Source of the DNA: an uncultured virus (IMG/VR IMGVR_UViG_3300027724_000009)
Taxonomy: Duplodnaviria; Heunggongvirae; Uroviricota; Caudoviricetes
DNA length: 20,000 bases
Virus record (IMG/VR): IMGVR_UViG_3300027724_000009
Strand: one strand, 5' to 3'
Part shown: in pieces, positions 1 to 8,405 of the stretch
Layout: each line of letters starts with the position of its first letter
Numbering within the stretch: the stretch's first letter is position 1
The notes under the pieces: model-generated
Told to the model about the DNA's origin: nothing
Database searches by the model: none
The model's input: only the letters and a program-made list of their open reading frames with translations
Program-made: the position numbers and the translations under genes

Positions 1-546
1 TACGATAAGTGGGTTTATCCAAGTGGTTTATTTGCAGGTAAAAACTATGGTATGCACTTTATACCTCAAAATGGTGATGTTATCAGGCTTACATTCGACG
101 GAGGTAACGTAAATTTCCCGGTGTGGGAGTACGGTTGGTGGCTGAAGTCAAAGAGCATTCAGATTGCCGACAAAGACATTTACTGCATTGTTACTCCGAA
201 AGGACATAGTTGGGTAATTGATGAGAAAAATGACAGGATTTACTTCAGCTACAAAGACGGAAAGGTAATTGAAATCAAAGGACAAAAAATAAGTTTGGGT
301 AAGAACGGAGGTTCTGCCGAGAAAGCAGCATTGGGTGAAACTCTAAAAAAACGTTTAGAGGAAATATGCGATAATCAAAAAGATATTTGTGATGCAATGG
401 TAGCCATGACAGTAACGTGTAATCCACCAGGTTCACCGTCAACAACGCCAATAAATAGTGCGTTATTTGCACAATACGGAGCAAGAGCGACGACGATAAA
501 ATCACAGTTGATTGAAATACTATCTGAAGTCGTTACATTAGACTAA
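1..546 (+). CDS. Baseplate central spike protein (gpV/gp5 OB-fold type), 5' truncated by window
   Basis: Frame is open from base 1: YDKWVYPSGLFAGKNYGMHFIPQNGDVIRLTFDGGNVNFPVW matches the gpV/gp5 OB-fold pattern (W..P...AG...G...P..GD.V...F..G...P); lies directly before gp25. Confidence 0.8.
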   Translation, partial: YDKWVYPSGLFAGKNYGMHFIPQNGDVIRLTFDGGNVNFPVWEYGWWLKSKSIQIADKDIYCIVTPKGHSWVIDEKNDRIYFSYKDGKVIEIKGQKISLGKNGGSAEKAALGETLKKRLEEICDNQKDICDAMVAMTVTCNPPGSPSTTPINSALFAQYGARATTIKSQLIEILSEVVTLD

Positions 547-567
547 AATTTTCATTATATTGTATTT

Positions 568-954
568 ATGAACTTAGAATACTTAGGTGTTAGTGAGAAA
601 TTTACGTTTCAACCTGATTTGAATAGCAGGGTAGCATTAGTATCAGATGTGGAAAGTATAAAACAATCAATGAAAGATATTCTAAGCACAGGTATTGGTA
701 CAAGATTTTACAATGAATACTATGGTAGTTATTTGGAGTATCTAACGTTTGAGCAGAATGATGTAATATTAAAAGATTTACTAATTTATTATTCAATCGA
801 TGCATTGAGAACGTGGGAAAAAAGAATTAAAGTATTGAATGTTGACGTAAAAGTTGGAGTTGATAAAATGGAATTACTTATTCCGTTTTTAATCCTGCAA
901 TCGAACGAGATACAGTCATTAATCTATCCATTTTACAGAGAAATAACACAATAA
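568..954 (+). CDS. Baseplate wedge protein, gp25/GPW family
   Basis: 128 aa; SIKQSMKDILSTGIGTRFYNEYYGS and ALRTWEKRIKV correspond to the gp25 motifs (L.T..G.R.....YG; WEPRI); synteny. Confidence 0.88.
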   Translation: MNLEYLGVSEKFTFQPDLNSRVALVSDVESIKQSMKDILSTGIGTRFYNEYYGSYLEYLTFEQNDVILKDLLIYYSIDALRTWEKRIKVLNVDVKVGVDKMELLIPFLILQSNEIQSLIYPFYREITQ

Positions 955-956
955 AA

Positions 957-2624
957 ATGGCATTAACAAATCCGTTCATAGGTTATTTAGACAGGTCGTT
1001 CCTTACGATTAAACAGTCTATTTTAACACGTATTGCAAATCCGGTTACAGGCATACCAGAGATAACCGACCATTCAGATAGCAATCCGTTTGTAAAGCGA
1101 GTATCAATATGGGCCGGAATAGCCGAAATGTTGGGTTATTACATCGACAATATGGCAAAGGAAACATTTGTCCATACTGCAGATTTATACGAAAGTTTTT
1201 ACAGGCTATCAAAGGCATACGATTATCGTATTCGTGGCCGTATTCCTGCAAGTGGCACAATAAATATCACGCTGAATAATCCGGCACCATACAATATTAC
1301 CATACCGAGCGAAACGGAAGTACAAACTTCAGAGGGTATAAAGTTTTTGACATTGAGTTCTGCAGTAATCGTTACAGGCCAAACGAATGTGAGCATACCG
1401 GTTAAGCAATGGACAAAAGTTGTTGCATCTGTAATAGCAATTTCCGACGGCAGCCAAAATCAGGTTTATGAACTGAATGAGAATGTAGTTGACAAAAGTA
1501 TTAATATTATCGTTGACAACACGATACCGTATATTAATGTTGACAGTTTTGTAAGGAGTTTACCGTTGAGTTACCATTTCATTGCAGGAATGAATGAGAA
1601 TGCAAAAATGCAAATAGTTTTTGGTGACGATATCAATGGAGCAATACCGTTGGCAACAAAAGACATCAAAGTAGGTTGGTATGAAACGAGTGGTAGAAAT
1701 GGTAACGTCGGTTCCGGCCTTATCAATACCATAAATTCAGTATTGACATTGCCGACAGGTTTTACGGCTTCAGTAACCAATCTGTTAGCCATTACGAACG
1801 GCACCAATGCAGAAAGTATTACCGAGTTGAGGAAATACATACCGTTATCATTGCGTACCTTATACAGAGCCGTAACGAGGCAGGATTATATTGACGTAGC
1901 AGAATTGATACCAGGTGTAGCGAAAGCAGGTTTGGAGCACTCCTGCGGAAAGACGGTGGACATCTACATTGCACCGAACGGTGGAGGAGCACCAAGTCCT
2001 ACATTGCTGACAGATGCATACGATTTTATGGAACTGCGTAAAATGATAACCACAAAGCACAGGATTTTTGGTGCAGGGCAGGTTATTATTAAGCATCTGA
2101 TAAATGTAAGGTCAAAGCCTCAATACTTCAATGTTGACACGTATAATGAGGTTAAAGAGGCAGTTGAAAACTTCTATAATGTAGAAAATCAAACGATATC
2201 AGGAAAGGTGCATATTGGCGACATATATCAATTAATTGAGGGATTGCCAAAAGTTGAATATTCAACAGTAGGTATTTTAACTCCGGTTCCTTATGCAAGG
2301 CCGCTCGATACAGGTTATCCTATTCTCGATTGGGCGAAAGAAGTTTTGATATCGTCACAAAATGCTACTTACAAGTTAGTTTTTACGACTAGTACACAAT
2401 TTAATTTAGTTAGAAATAATGTTTTTGTAAATAGCTATTCAGTAGGAGTTTTAGTAACAACAAATGATTTAAAGTTTACAGTGTTCGGTACATACACAAT
2501 AGGAAATAAATATGAGTTTAAGACGTACAACTATAATTCAGGAAGTGTGGATTTAGCAGAGCCGAGTTTACCGGTATTTGATATTACAGAATTTGAATTA
2601 AATGTAACAGGTGGGTTGGTATAA
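957..2624 (+). CDS. Baseplate J / T4 gp6-like wedge protein
   Basis: 555 aa; IVFGDDINGAIP, GTNAESITELR and RAVTRQDY motifs; follows gp25. Confidence 0.88.
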   Translation: MALTNPFIGYLDRSFLTIKQSILTRIANPVTGIPEITDHSDSNPFVKRVSIWAGIAEMLGYYIDNMAKETFVHTADLYESFYRLSKAYDYRIRGRIPASGTINITLNNPAPYNITIPSETEVQTSEGIKFLTLSSAVIVTGQTNVSIPVKQWTKVVASVIAISDGSQNQVYELNENVVDKSINIIVDNTIPYINVDSFVRSLPLSYHFIAGMNENAKMQIVFGDDINGAIPLATKDIKVGWYETSGRNGNVGSGLINTINSVLTLPTGFTASVTNLLAITNGTNAESITELRKYIPLSLRTLYRAVTRQDYIDVAELIPGVAKAGLEHSCGKTVDIYIAPNGGGAPSPTLLTDAYDFMELRKMITTKHRIFGAGQVIIKHLINVRSKPQYFNVDTYNEVKEAVENFYNVENQTISGKVHIGDIYQLIEGLPKVEYSTVGILTPVPYARPLDTGYPILDWAKEVLISSQNATYKLVFTTSTQFNLVRNNVFVNSYSVGVLVTTNDLKFTVFGTYTIGNKYEFKTYNYNSGSVDLAEPSLPVFDITEFELNVTGGLV

Positions 2625-3268
2625 TGACATTCGTACTTAAAAATATAATTTTTGATTTTTTCGGAATACGTGATAAATCTGAAGATTTATACAAAGACGT
2701 AAATGGAAAAGGATTGCATCAGCGTTTCAATGAAATGTTGGCTGAAGATGTTGACGAAAATGAGATTGATAAGACGGAGAACGTGGTAAAGTACACAGTA
2801 GATCCCGACCAATGTTTAGATAAGTTCTTTTTTTATCGTGAGCAGGAATATGGTGGTTTGTATTCAATATCTGCCGTACCTGCAATAAGGAGAAAAATTA
2901 TAAAATATGCATCTTATTTAAATAGAATAAAAGGTACTGAAGAAAGTTATATTTTTCCATTACTTTTATTAGGATTCAGTACCGTTAACATTTACGAATA
3001 TGTGAATACTTCAGGATTTGATAGTCCAACAACTTTTGATGATGAAGTACGAAGATTCGATATGAAATGTAACAGTTGTGGCCGGTACAGGATTGACATT
3101 ACAGGAAGTATTACAATGACGAACTCATTGCTTAACTCCATAATGAATGTAGTGAGGTATAACGAGCCTATAAATGCGACTTTGGACGGTATTACATATA
3201 ATGGTGATACTATTAGTATTGTAGGTGATTTTAGTGATGATTTTAGTGATGATTTTTTTAATGATTAA
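2624..3268 (+). CDS. Baseplate/tail protein, P2 gpI-like
   Basis: Follows baseplate J with overlapping stop/start; LNRIKGTEES resembles the gpI KGT motif; acidic C-terminal GDFSDDFSDDFFND. Confidence 0.6.
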   Translation: MTFVLKNIIFDFFGIRDKSEDLYKDVNGKGLHQRFNEMLAEDVDENEIDKTENVVKYTVDPDQCLDKFFFYREQEYGGLYSISAVPAIRRKIIKYASYLNRIKGTEESYIFPLLLLGFSTVNIYEYVNTSGFDSPTTFDDEVRRFDMKCNSCGRYRIDITGSITMTNSLLNSIMNVVRYNEPINATLDGITYNGDTISIVGDFSDDFSDDFFND

Positions 3269-3278
3269 TAAATAAAAT

Positions 3279-3887
3279 ATGTCAATAGCAGCATTAAAAG
3301 CAAGTATAGCATCCGTAATAAAATTAAACGGTAGTAAATCTATTTATGCTACACACTTACAGGCCAAATTATTTGAAATGATAGATGAAATGCATCCTGA
3401 AAATTATATTAGCGGTAATGAAACGGCTTCTACTTTAGGCGCAACGATTAATGGAGCTTCTGCTGCAATACCAAACAATACAGACTTAGTAGCAACGGCA
3501 GAAAATGCAGGACTTCTTAAAAAGATTACTTGGACAAATGTAAAGGCGTTTTTAAAGACATATTTTGATACTATCTATCAAACTGTATTAATTTCGGGTA
3601 CTTCGATAAAAACTATTAATTCAACATCGTTACTCGGTGCGGGCGATATATCTATAACTCCAAATGCAACACATACGGGCGAGGTTACGGGTACAACGGC
3701 TTTAACTGTTGATAAAACTGCAATTACAAACAAGACGGCAGTAACGATTGATACGGCTGATTATGTTTTAATTTCAGATAGTTCCGATTCTGGCAATCTT
3801 AAAAAAGGATTAGTTTCTGATTTAGGTGGGTTTGATGACGGGGATTTCACATTGGTAGCATCTTTTAAATCACTTTATAATTATTAA
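3279..3887 (+). CDS. Tail fibre-like structural protein
   Basis: 202 aa, T/S/G/A-rich; LKKITWTNVK, SGTSIKTINSTSLLGAGDI and DSSDSGNLKK segments resemble phage fibre shaft repeats. Confidence 0.6.
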   Translation: MSIAALKASIASVIKLNGSKSIYATHLQAKLFEMIDEMHPENYISGNETASTLGATINGASAAIPNNTDLVATAENAGLLKKITWTNVKAFLKTYFDTIYQTVLISGTSIKTINSTSLLGAGDISITPNATHTGEVTGTTALTVDKTAITNKTAVTIDTADYVLISDSSDSGNLKKGLVSDLGGFDDGDFTLVASFKSLYNY

Positions 3888-3891
3888 TATC

Positions 3892-4104
3892 ATGCCAAAC
3901 GTAAAAATAAATCAAAATAACTACGATAATAAGCTGATAGATTGGAAGAACTCAGCAACTAACAGAAGTGACTTATTATACTTTGTCACGGATGAGTTGA
4001 ACGAGAAAGACATTCAGCAATTAGCTTGGAAAAAGGGTTTAATCATAAAGATTGAAACGATAGGATTCCTAAGTAAAATAACATTTTTAGACATTTTAAT
4101 ATAA
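3892..4104 (+). CDS. Hypothetical protein (70 aa)
   Basis: ORF tightly packed between neighbours with 4-nt gaps; no motif recognised. Confidence 0.55.
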   Translation: MPNVKINQNNYDNKLIDWKNSATNRSDLLYFVTDELNEKDIQQLAWKKGLIIKIETIGFLSKITFLDILI

Positions 4105-4800
4105 TATTATGGCATTAGTTGGCATATATAAAATAACGTCACCATCTAATAAGGTGTATATAGGTCAATCTGTCAATATATTAAATAGAAAAGCGTCTTA
4201 CAAAAGACAAGATTGTAAAAAACAAGCAAAACTATATATGTCACTTTTGAAGTATGGTTTTGATAAACACTCTTTTGATATTTTATGTTTGTGTGATAAA
4301 AGTGAATTAAACGAAAAAGAAAAATCATACATTTTAGAATATGATAGCTTTTTAAATGGTTTGAATTTAACAAGTGGTGGTGAAAGTTGCAATGTGCGGT
4401 CAGATGAAACAAGGATGAAAATGAGTTTAGCACAAAAGCGTAACACCAAAAGTAAGGGACATAAACACACGGAAGAATCTAAAAAGCTAATGAGTGAAAA
4501 TAGAAAAGGAAAAGTAATTAGCGAAACTGGTAGAAAAAATATGAGTTTGGTTCAACTTGGCAAAAAGATGTCAGATGAAACAAAGCAAAAAATTAGCGAC
4601 AAATTAAAAGGAAAGAAAAAAAGCAAAGAGCAAATATTAAAGTTTAGTAAATCTATGATTGGAAACACAAATAGATTAGGCAAAAAAAAGACATTAGAGG
4701 AAAGATTAAAAATATCTAAAAGCAAAATGGGTAGTATAATTCCATTGGAAGTAAGAAATAAAATATCATTAACATTAAAAAATAAATATCATGGCATTAG
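4103..4800 (+). repeat. 16-bp imperfect direct repeat bracketing the endonuclease gene
   Basis: AATATTATGGCATTAG (4103-4118) versus AATATCATGGCATTAG (4785-4800), 15/16 identical. Confidence 0.7.
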
Positions 4801-4807
4801 CAGCTAA
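4109..4807 (+). CDS. Free-standing GIY-YIG homing endonuclease with NUMOD3-like repeats
   Basis: GIYKITSPSNKVYIGQS motif, conserved ELNEKE...LNGLN; C-terminal repeats HKHTEESKKLMS, KMSDETKQKIS, KTLEERLKIS. Confidence 0.92.
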   Translation: MALVGIYKITSPSNKVYIGQSVNILNRKASYKRQDCKKQAKLYMSLLKYGFDKHSFDILCLCDKSELNEKEKSYILEYDSFLNGLNLTSGGESCNVRSDETRMKMSLAQKRNTKSKGHKHTEESKKLMSENRKGKVISETGRKNMSLVQLGKKMSDETKQKISDKLKGKKKSKEQILKFSKSMIGNTNRLGKKKTLEERLKISKSKMGSIIPLEVRNKISLTLKNKYHGISS

Positions 4808-5246
4808 GAATATCCCTGTTGTGGCGAATGTGCCTAACGGCGGTGTAGCACTTATAGCAGCATCTTCAAACACGGTAACATTAGGTAGTAATACAAACGG
4901 CGCAACGGCATACACAGCAGGCACAGCAGGTGGTCGTGTAATGAGCTTAACGGCAGTTACTGATGATACGGTAACGGTTAACGTATTTGTATGGATTCTT
5001 AGAGGTGCAACTGTTATACCGATTGCACTTGTAAACGTTCCTTTGAGTTCAGGTAATACGAATGCAGCACGTTTCAATGTGGACTTTTTAGACGGTGTGA
5101 ATATCGTAGGATTACCGCTTGACAATACAGGTAAAAGATATATTCCTTTATTAGCAGGTGATGTTTTAAGAGTTGGTGCATTAGCGAATTTAACGGCAGC
5201 AAAAACTTGTTGGGTACATGCATCAGGTAGTGATTATCAAGCGTAA
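4791..5246 (+). CDS. Tail-associated structural protein (151 aa)
   Basis: A/G/T/V-rich, beta-strand-like composition; sits among fibre genes and is coupled to the next ORF. Confidence 0.55.
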   Translation: MALAAKNIPVVANVPNGGVALIAASSNTVTLGSNTNGATAYTAGTAGGRVMSLTAVTDDTVTVNVFVWILRGATVIPIALVNVPLSSGNTNAARFNVDFLDGVNIVGLPLDNTGKRYIPLLAGDVLRVGALANLTAAKTCWVHASGSDYQA

Positions 5247-6124
5247 TGAATAACGGATTATATAACGGTTTAGATAGCGGATTAAATCAAGGAAGATTTT
5301 CCGGATTAGATAATGGTTTAGCTTTAGGGTTGTTTGGTAATGTACGAGCTAAATTAGATAAAGATGTAATTCCTTATATAGAGAATGCTAAAATAATGAG
5401 AGCACAAGAAATTTTTGCAATAAATTATTTGGTTACTAATACAAAAAAGTTTTTTTTATGGGATAAAATCAAAGCTATTTACCCGTTTTTGGGTGATACT
5501 TTGTTATCAAATGCTTTTAATTTAAAAATACCTATTGATTCCAATTCTGCTTATAGATTAAATTTTGATACTAATCTTCCTTTAATTACAAGATTTGGCG
5601 TAGAGTTTATTGGTAATAGTTCTTCTTGGGCTACTACCAATTTAATACCTTCACAAGTTTTGATAAAAGGAAATCTCGCATTAGGTTGTTATATAAACGG
5701 AGGCAATTTAGGTGGTTCACCATATCCTGTAACTATGGGTTCATCAACTACCTTAAACACAAATACAGATGTAATTAGTTTAGCAATAAGAACAACAGGA
5801 AAGTATTTTATACCAAATGGTGAAGCACAGCCTTTTGTATCTTCTTCTGATACAACTATAACAGGTAACTATATAGGCACAGCTTTGAATGGTTTAGCAA
5901 ATCTATATAGAAATGGTATTGAATTAGGAAATACAGCAACAAGTACAAATGGTGGAATATCTGGTTCACCCATTTTTATTGGTGCATTAGGGCAGAATAT
6001 AAGTAGTACTTATCAAAATGTCAGATTAGGTATTTGCTTCATATCAACGGGATTAACAAAAATAGATGTACGTAATTTTGATATGATTATACAAAACTAT
6101 GTTAGTATATTAAATAGAAGATAA
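5246..6124 (+). CDS. Putative receptor-binding/tail tip protein with lectin (LamG-like) beta-sandwich
   Basis: N-terminal xxGL tetrapeptide repeats; LWDKIKAIYPFLG, NLYRNGIELG and IFIGA motifs recall LamG-type phage tail domains. Confidence 0.55.
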   Translation: MNNGLYNGLDSGLNQGRFSGLDNGLALGLFGNVRAKLDKDVIPYIENAKIMRAQEIFAINYLVTNTKKFFLWDKIKAIYPFLGDTLLSNAFNLKIPIDSNSAYRLNFDTNLPLITRFGVEFIGNSSSWATTNLIPSQVLIKGNLALGCYINGGNLGGSPYPVTMGSSTTLNTNTDVISLAIRTTGKYFIPNGEAQPFVSSSDTTITGNYIGTALNGLANLYRNGIELGNTATSTNGGISGSPIFIGALGQNISSTYQNVRLGICFISTGLTKIDVRNFDMIIQNYVSILNRR

Positions 6125-6140
6125 ACTATTTAATATTTAA

Positions 6141-6335
6141 AAAAAACTAAACAATATCAAAAATGAAAATTCTATTATAAATCATTCAGGAAAAAAGATT
6201 AGAATACATAATAGTTATTTAGATTCTTACCATACTAACGCTGATGTTGCAGTATTAAAGTTTTATAAAAAAGCTTTGAGTAAAGAAGAAGTTATGAATA
6301 ACTTTAATAATTTAAGAGGAAGGTTCGGAATATAA
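6141..6335 (+). pseudogene. Start-less remnant of a LamG-like C-terminus
   Basis: Open frame with no usable start, ending ADVAVLKFYKKALSKEEVMNNFNNLRGRFGI*, which matches the typical LamG phage protein end (YNRALS..EV.QNYN..K.RFG). Confidence 0.65.
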
Positions 6336-6369
6336 CTATTTATAACACAACCAAAAAATTTATGAACTT

Positions 6370-6774
6370 ATGACAACAACGTTAATCATATTATCAGTTG
6401 TATTTTCCGTGTTTGCTCACGCACTTGGCTGTATTTCCGGCTATGCAAAAATGATATGCGACCTAAGTGAGGAGTCCAAGTTAAATAAAACTCCATACGA
6501 ATATTGGCACAAACATTTAAGCAGTAAAAATAAGTACGAATACACAGGCAAAGTAAAGGTATGGTTAATGAAAAATTTGCTGGTAATGTTTACAGATGGT
6601 TGGCATAAATACCAATTCGTTCTTACTATTTGTTTGCTCGTTTCAGGTTTCTTCGTTGGATTTATTTCAGGTAAAATTACACCTTACTATTCATTCATGT
6701 TGCTGTCTGTTTATTTTGTAAGAACGGCAACATTTCATCTATTATACACATCTAAAAAATACAGAAAATTATGA
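6370..6774 (+). CDS. Hypothetical multi-pass membrane protein
   Basis: 134 aa with about three hydrophobic segments; FTDGWH motif. Confidence 0.7.
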   Translation: MTTTLIILSVVFSVFAHALGCISGYAKMICDLSEESKLNKTPYEYWHKHLSSKNKYEYTGKVKVWLMKNLLVMFTDGWHKYQFVLTICLLVSGFFVGFISGKITPYYSFMLLSVYFVRTATFHLLYTSKKYRKL

Positions 6775-6932
6775 TTGGAGGAATTGTCTTTTTACTAATC
6801 TCATTAGTGTTAGTAATTGTTTCTTTCTTTGCAAAGAAACTTAAAATCAAAACAGGTTTACAGGTGTTTATGATTTTATTCGGATTAACAGGAATAGTAT
6901 TAGCAATACTATTTTTTACAAATACTATATAG
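6771..6932 (+). CDS. Small two-TM membrane protein (53 aa, not in ORF track)
   Basis: ATGA overlap with the previous stop; MIGGIVFLLISLVLVIVSFFAKKLKIKTGLQVFMILFGLTGIVLAILFFTNTI*. Confidence 0.7.
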   Translation: MIGGIVFLLISLVLVIVSFFAKKLKIKTGLQVFMILFGLTGIVLAILFFTNTI

Positions 6933-6979
6933 TCCTTTAGAAGCATAATAATAAACCTCAATCTTATTATTTATTTAGT

Positions 6980-7009
6980 TGCCACTTTTGAAAGTGGCAC
7001 TTTTTATTT
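6980..7009 (+). terminator. Rho-independent terminator
   Basis: TGCCACTT-ttga-AAGTGGCA hairpin followed by CTTTTTATTT. Confidence 0.75.
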
Positions 7010-7052
7010 ATATTGAATTGATAATTTATTCTCCACTTATAAAAAATGGAAT

Positions 7053-7604
7053 ATGGCGATATTTGTTTCAGCAGGACATAATCCGAACGGAATAAAGAAA
7101 GATCCGGGAGCCGTTGGCAATGGTTTTCGTGAAGCTGACTTAACCGTTGAGTTCCGTAATCTTGTTTTAGGGAGCCTTTTAAAGAGAGGTTTTAAAGGTA
7201 TTGCAGACGATGATAGTGAAACGTTAGGACAATATCTGAAGCGTATTATTACCGGTAACGGTTCGGTCGTTTTAGAGTTTCATTTCGACGCTGCAATAAA
7301 TCCGACAGCCACAGGTTGCACGTCATTGATTGGAAGTGATGCAGATAAAAATGATAAGCATTTTGGCAACGAACTTGTGGAGGCGACTGCACAAATCTTA
7401 GGTATTAAAAATCGTGGTTGTATTTCTGAAAGCGAATCACACAGAGGTCGTTTAGGATTGATGAGAGAGAGAGGTATTGTTGCATTATTAGAAATATGTT
7501 TTATCACCAATGCCTCCGATTTGAAGAAGTATCAGGACAACAAGTTTACACTTGCTGACAAGATTGCTGAAATAATTATTAAGTACGAAAATCTTATTAA
7601 TTAA
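7053..7604 (+). CDS. Endolysin, N-acetylmuramoyl-L-alanine amidase (Amidase_3)
   Basis: SAGH...DPGAVG..READL, EFHFDA and LLEICFITN provide the H/E/H/E zinc and catalytic residues. Confidence 0.92.
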   Translation: MAIFVSAGHNPNGIKKDPGAVGNGFREADLTVEFRNLVLGSLLKRGFKGIADDDSETLGQYLKRIITGNGSVVLEFHFDAAINPTATGCTSLIGSDADKNDKHFGNELVEATAQILGIKNRGCISESESHRGRLGLMRERGIVALLEICFITNASDLKKYQDNKFTLADKIAEIIIKYENLIN

Positions 7605-8020
7605 TGGTAATAGATATTAAAAACATGAGCCCTTTAATCATTGCATTGATTACTATTTTTTTTAGTAGTCCTATTTTAGTTACCGTCGTAAATTTCTTTA
7701 TGTACCGACGGAAGAACACAGCTGACGTTGACCATATTATCATGCAGAACATGGAAATATTGGTTAACTCTTACAAGGATAATAAATTGCTCGATGAGCA
7801 AATAAAGTCCGAATTGCGTACCGAGATTGCAGAACATAAAATCAATCTAAGAACGATTAGAGAACGACAGGAAATGTACCTGAAGAACTCTACTGATGCA
7901 CTTTCATTACTTGCGAATACGCAAAAGGAGTTGGTAGTTATTAAAGAAAACTACCAAAAATGTATGAAAGAGCATGAGTTTGCAAGAAAAGAAATTGAAA
8001 CATTAAAAGAAAAGTCCTAA
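7604..8020 (+). CDS. Lysis-cassette membrane protein (N-terminal TM plus coiled coil; holin- or i-spanin-like)
   Basis: One N-terminal hydrophobic helix then a charged heptad-like region; coupled to the endolysin. Confidence 0.55.
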   Translation: MVIDIKNMSPLIIALITIFFSSPILVTVVNFFMYRRKNTADVDHIIMQNMEILVNSYKDNKLLDEQIKSELRTEIAEHKINLRTIRERQEMYLKNSTDALSLLANTQKELVVIKENYQKCMKEHEFARKEIETLKEKS

Positions 8021-8023
8021 GTT

Positions 8024-8404
8024 ATGGAAACAGCAAATAATAATGAAATTTTACAAAAAACGTTTGAATACATAGTAGGTACAGACGATATTGCATTTGC
8101 AATAGCAGGTGTATTTTTTGTTGTTATAGGTTGTATTCTTTCAGTAACAATTAGAGCATTGAGAGTAGGTGTTAAGATGCCAGGTACTCCGAATAAATTC
8201 AGCAGCAGGTATATGTTTAAAGATAAAATTGCAGAATTATTATTAGGATTTGTATTAGCATGTATCTGTATGAGGTTATTCAATGATTGGATTGGAGCAC
8301 AGGCCACAATGGGTTTAGGTTTCGTATTAGGTTTCTGCAACTACCGGTTGGCTAATCTAATACCGAAAGTATTTAAGTTTTTAATTGAAGATAAATTAAA
8401 ATAA
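8024..8404 (+). CDS. Putative holin
   Basis: 126 aa, about three TM segments, charged C-terminus, within the lysis cassette. Confidence 0.55.
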   Translation: METANNNEILQKTFEYIVGTDDIAFAIAGVFFVVIGCILSVTIRALRVGVKMPGTPNKFSSRYMFKDKIAELLLGFVLACICMRLFNDWIGAQATMGLGFVLGFCNYRLANLIPKVFKFLIEDKLK

Positions 8405-8405
8405 A

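Noticed and set aside
4109..4807. Group I intron around the GIY-YIG gene
   Set aside because: Flanking ORFs look complete and abut the endonuclease gene, leaving no room for an intron core.
555..7015. TTATATTG before gp25 (555-562) and the amidase (7008-7015) as a late promoter
   Set aside because: Only two short AT-rich matches, not distinguishable from chance.
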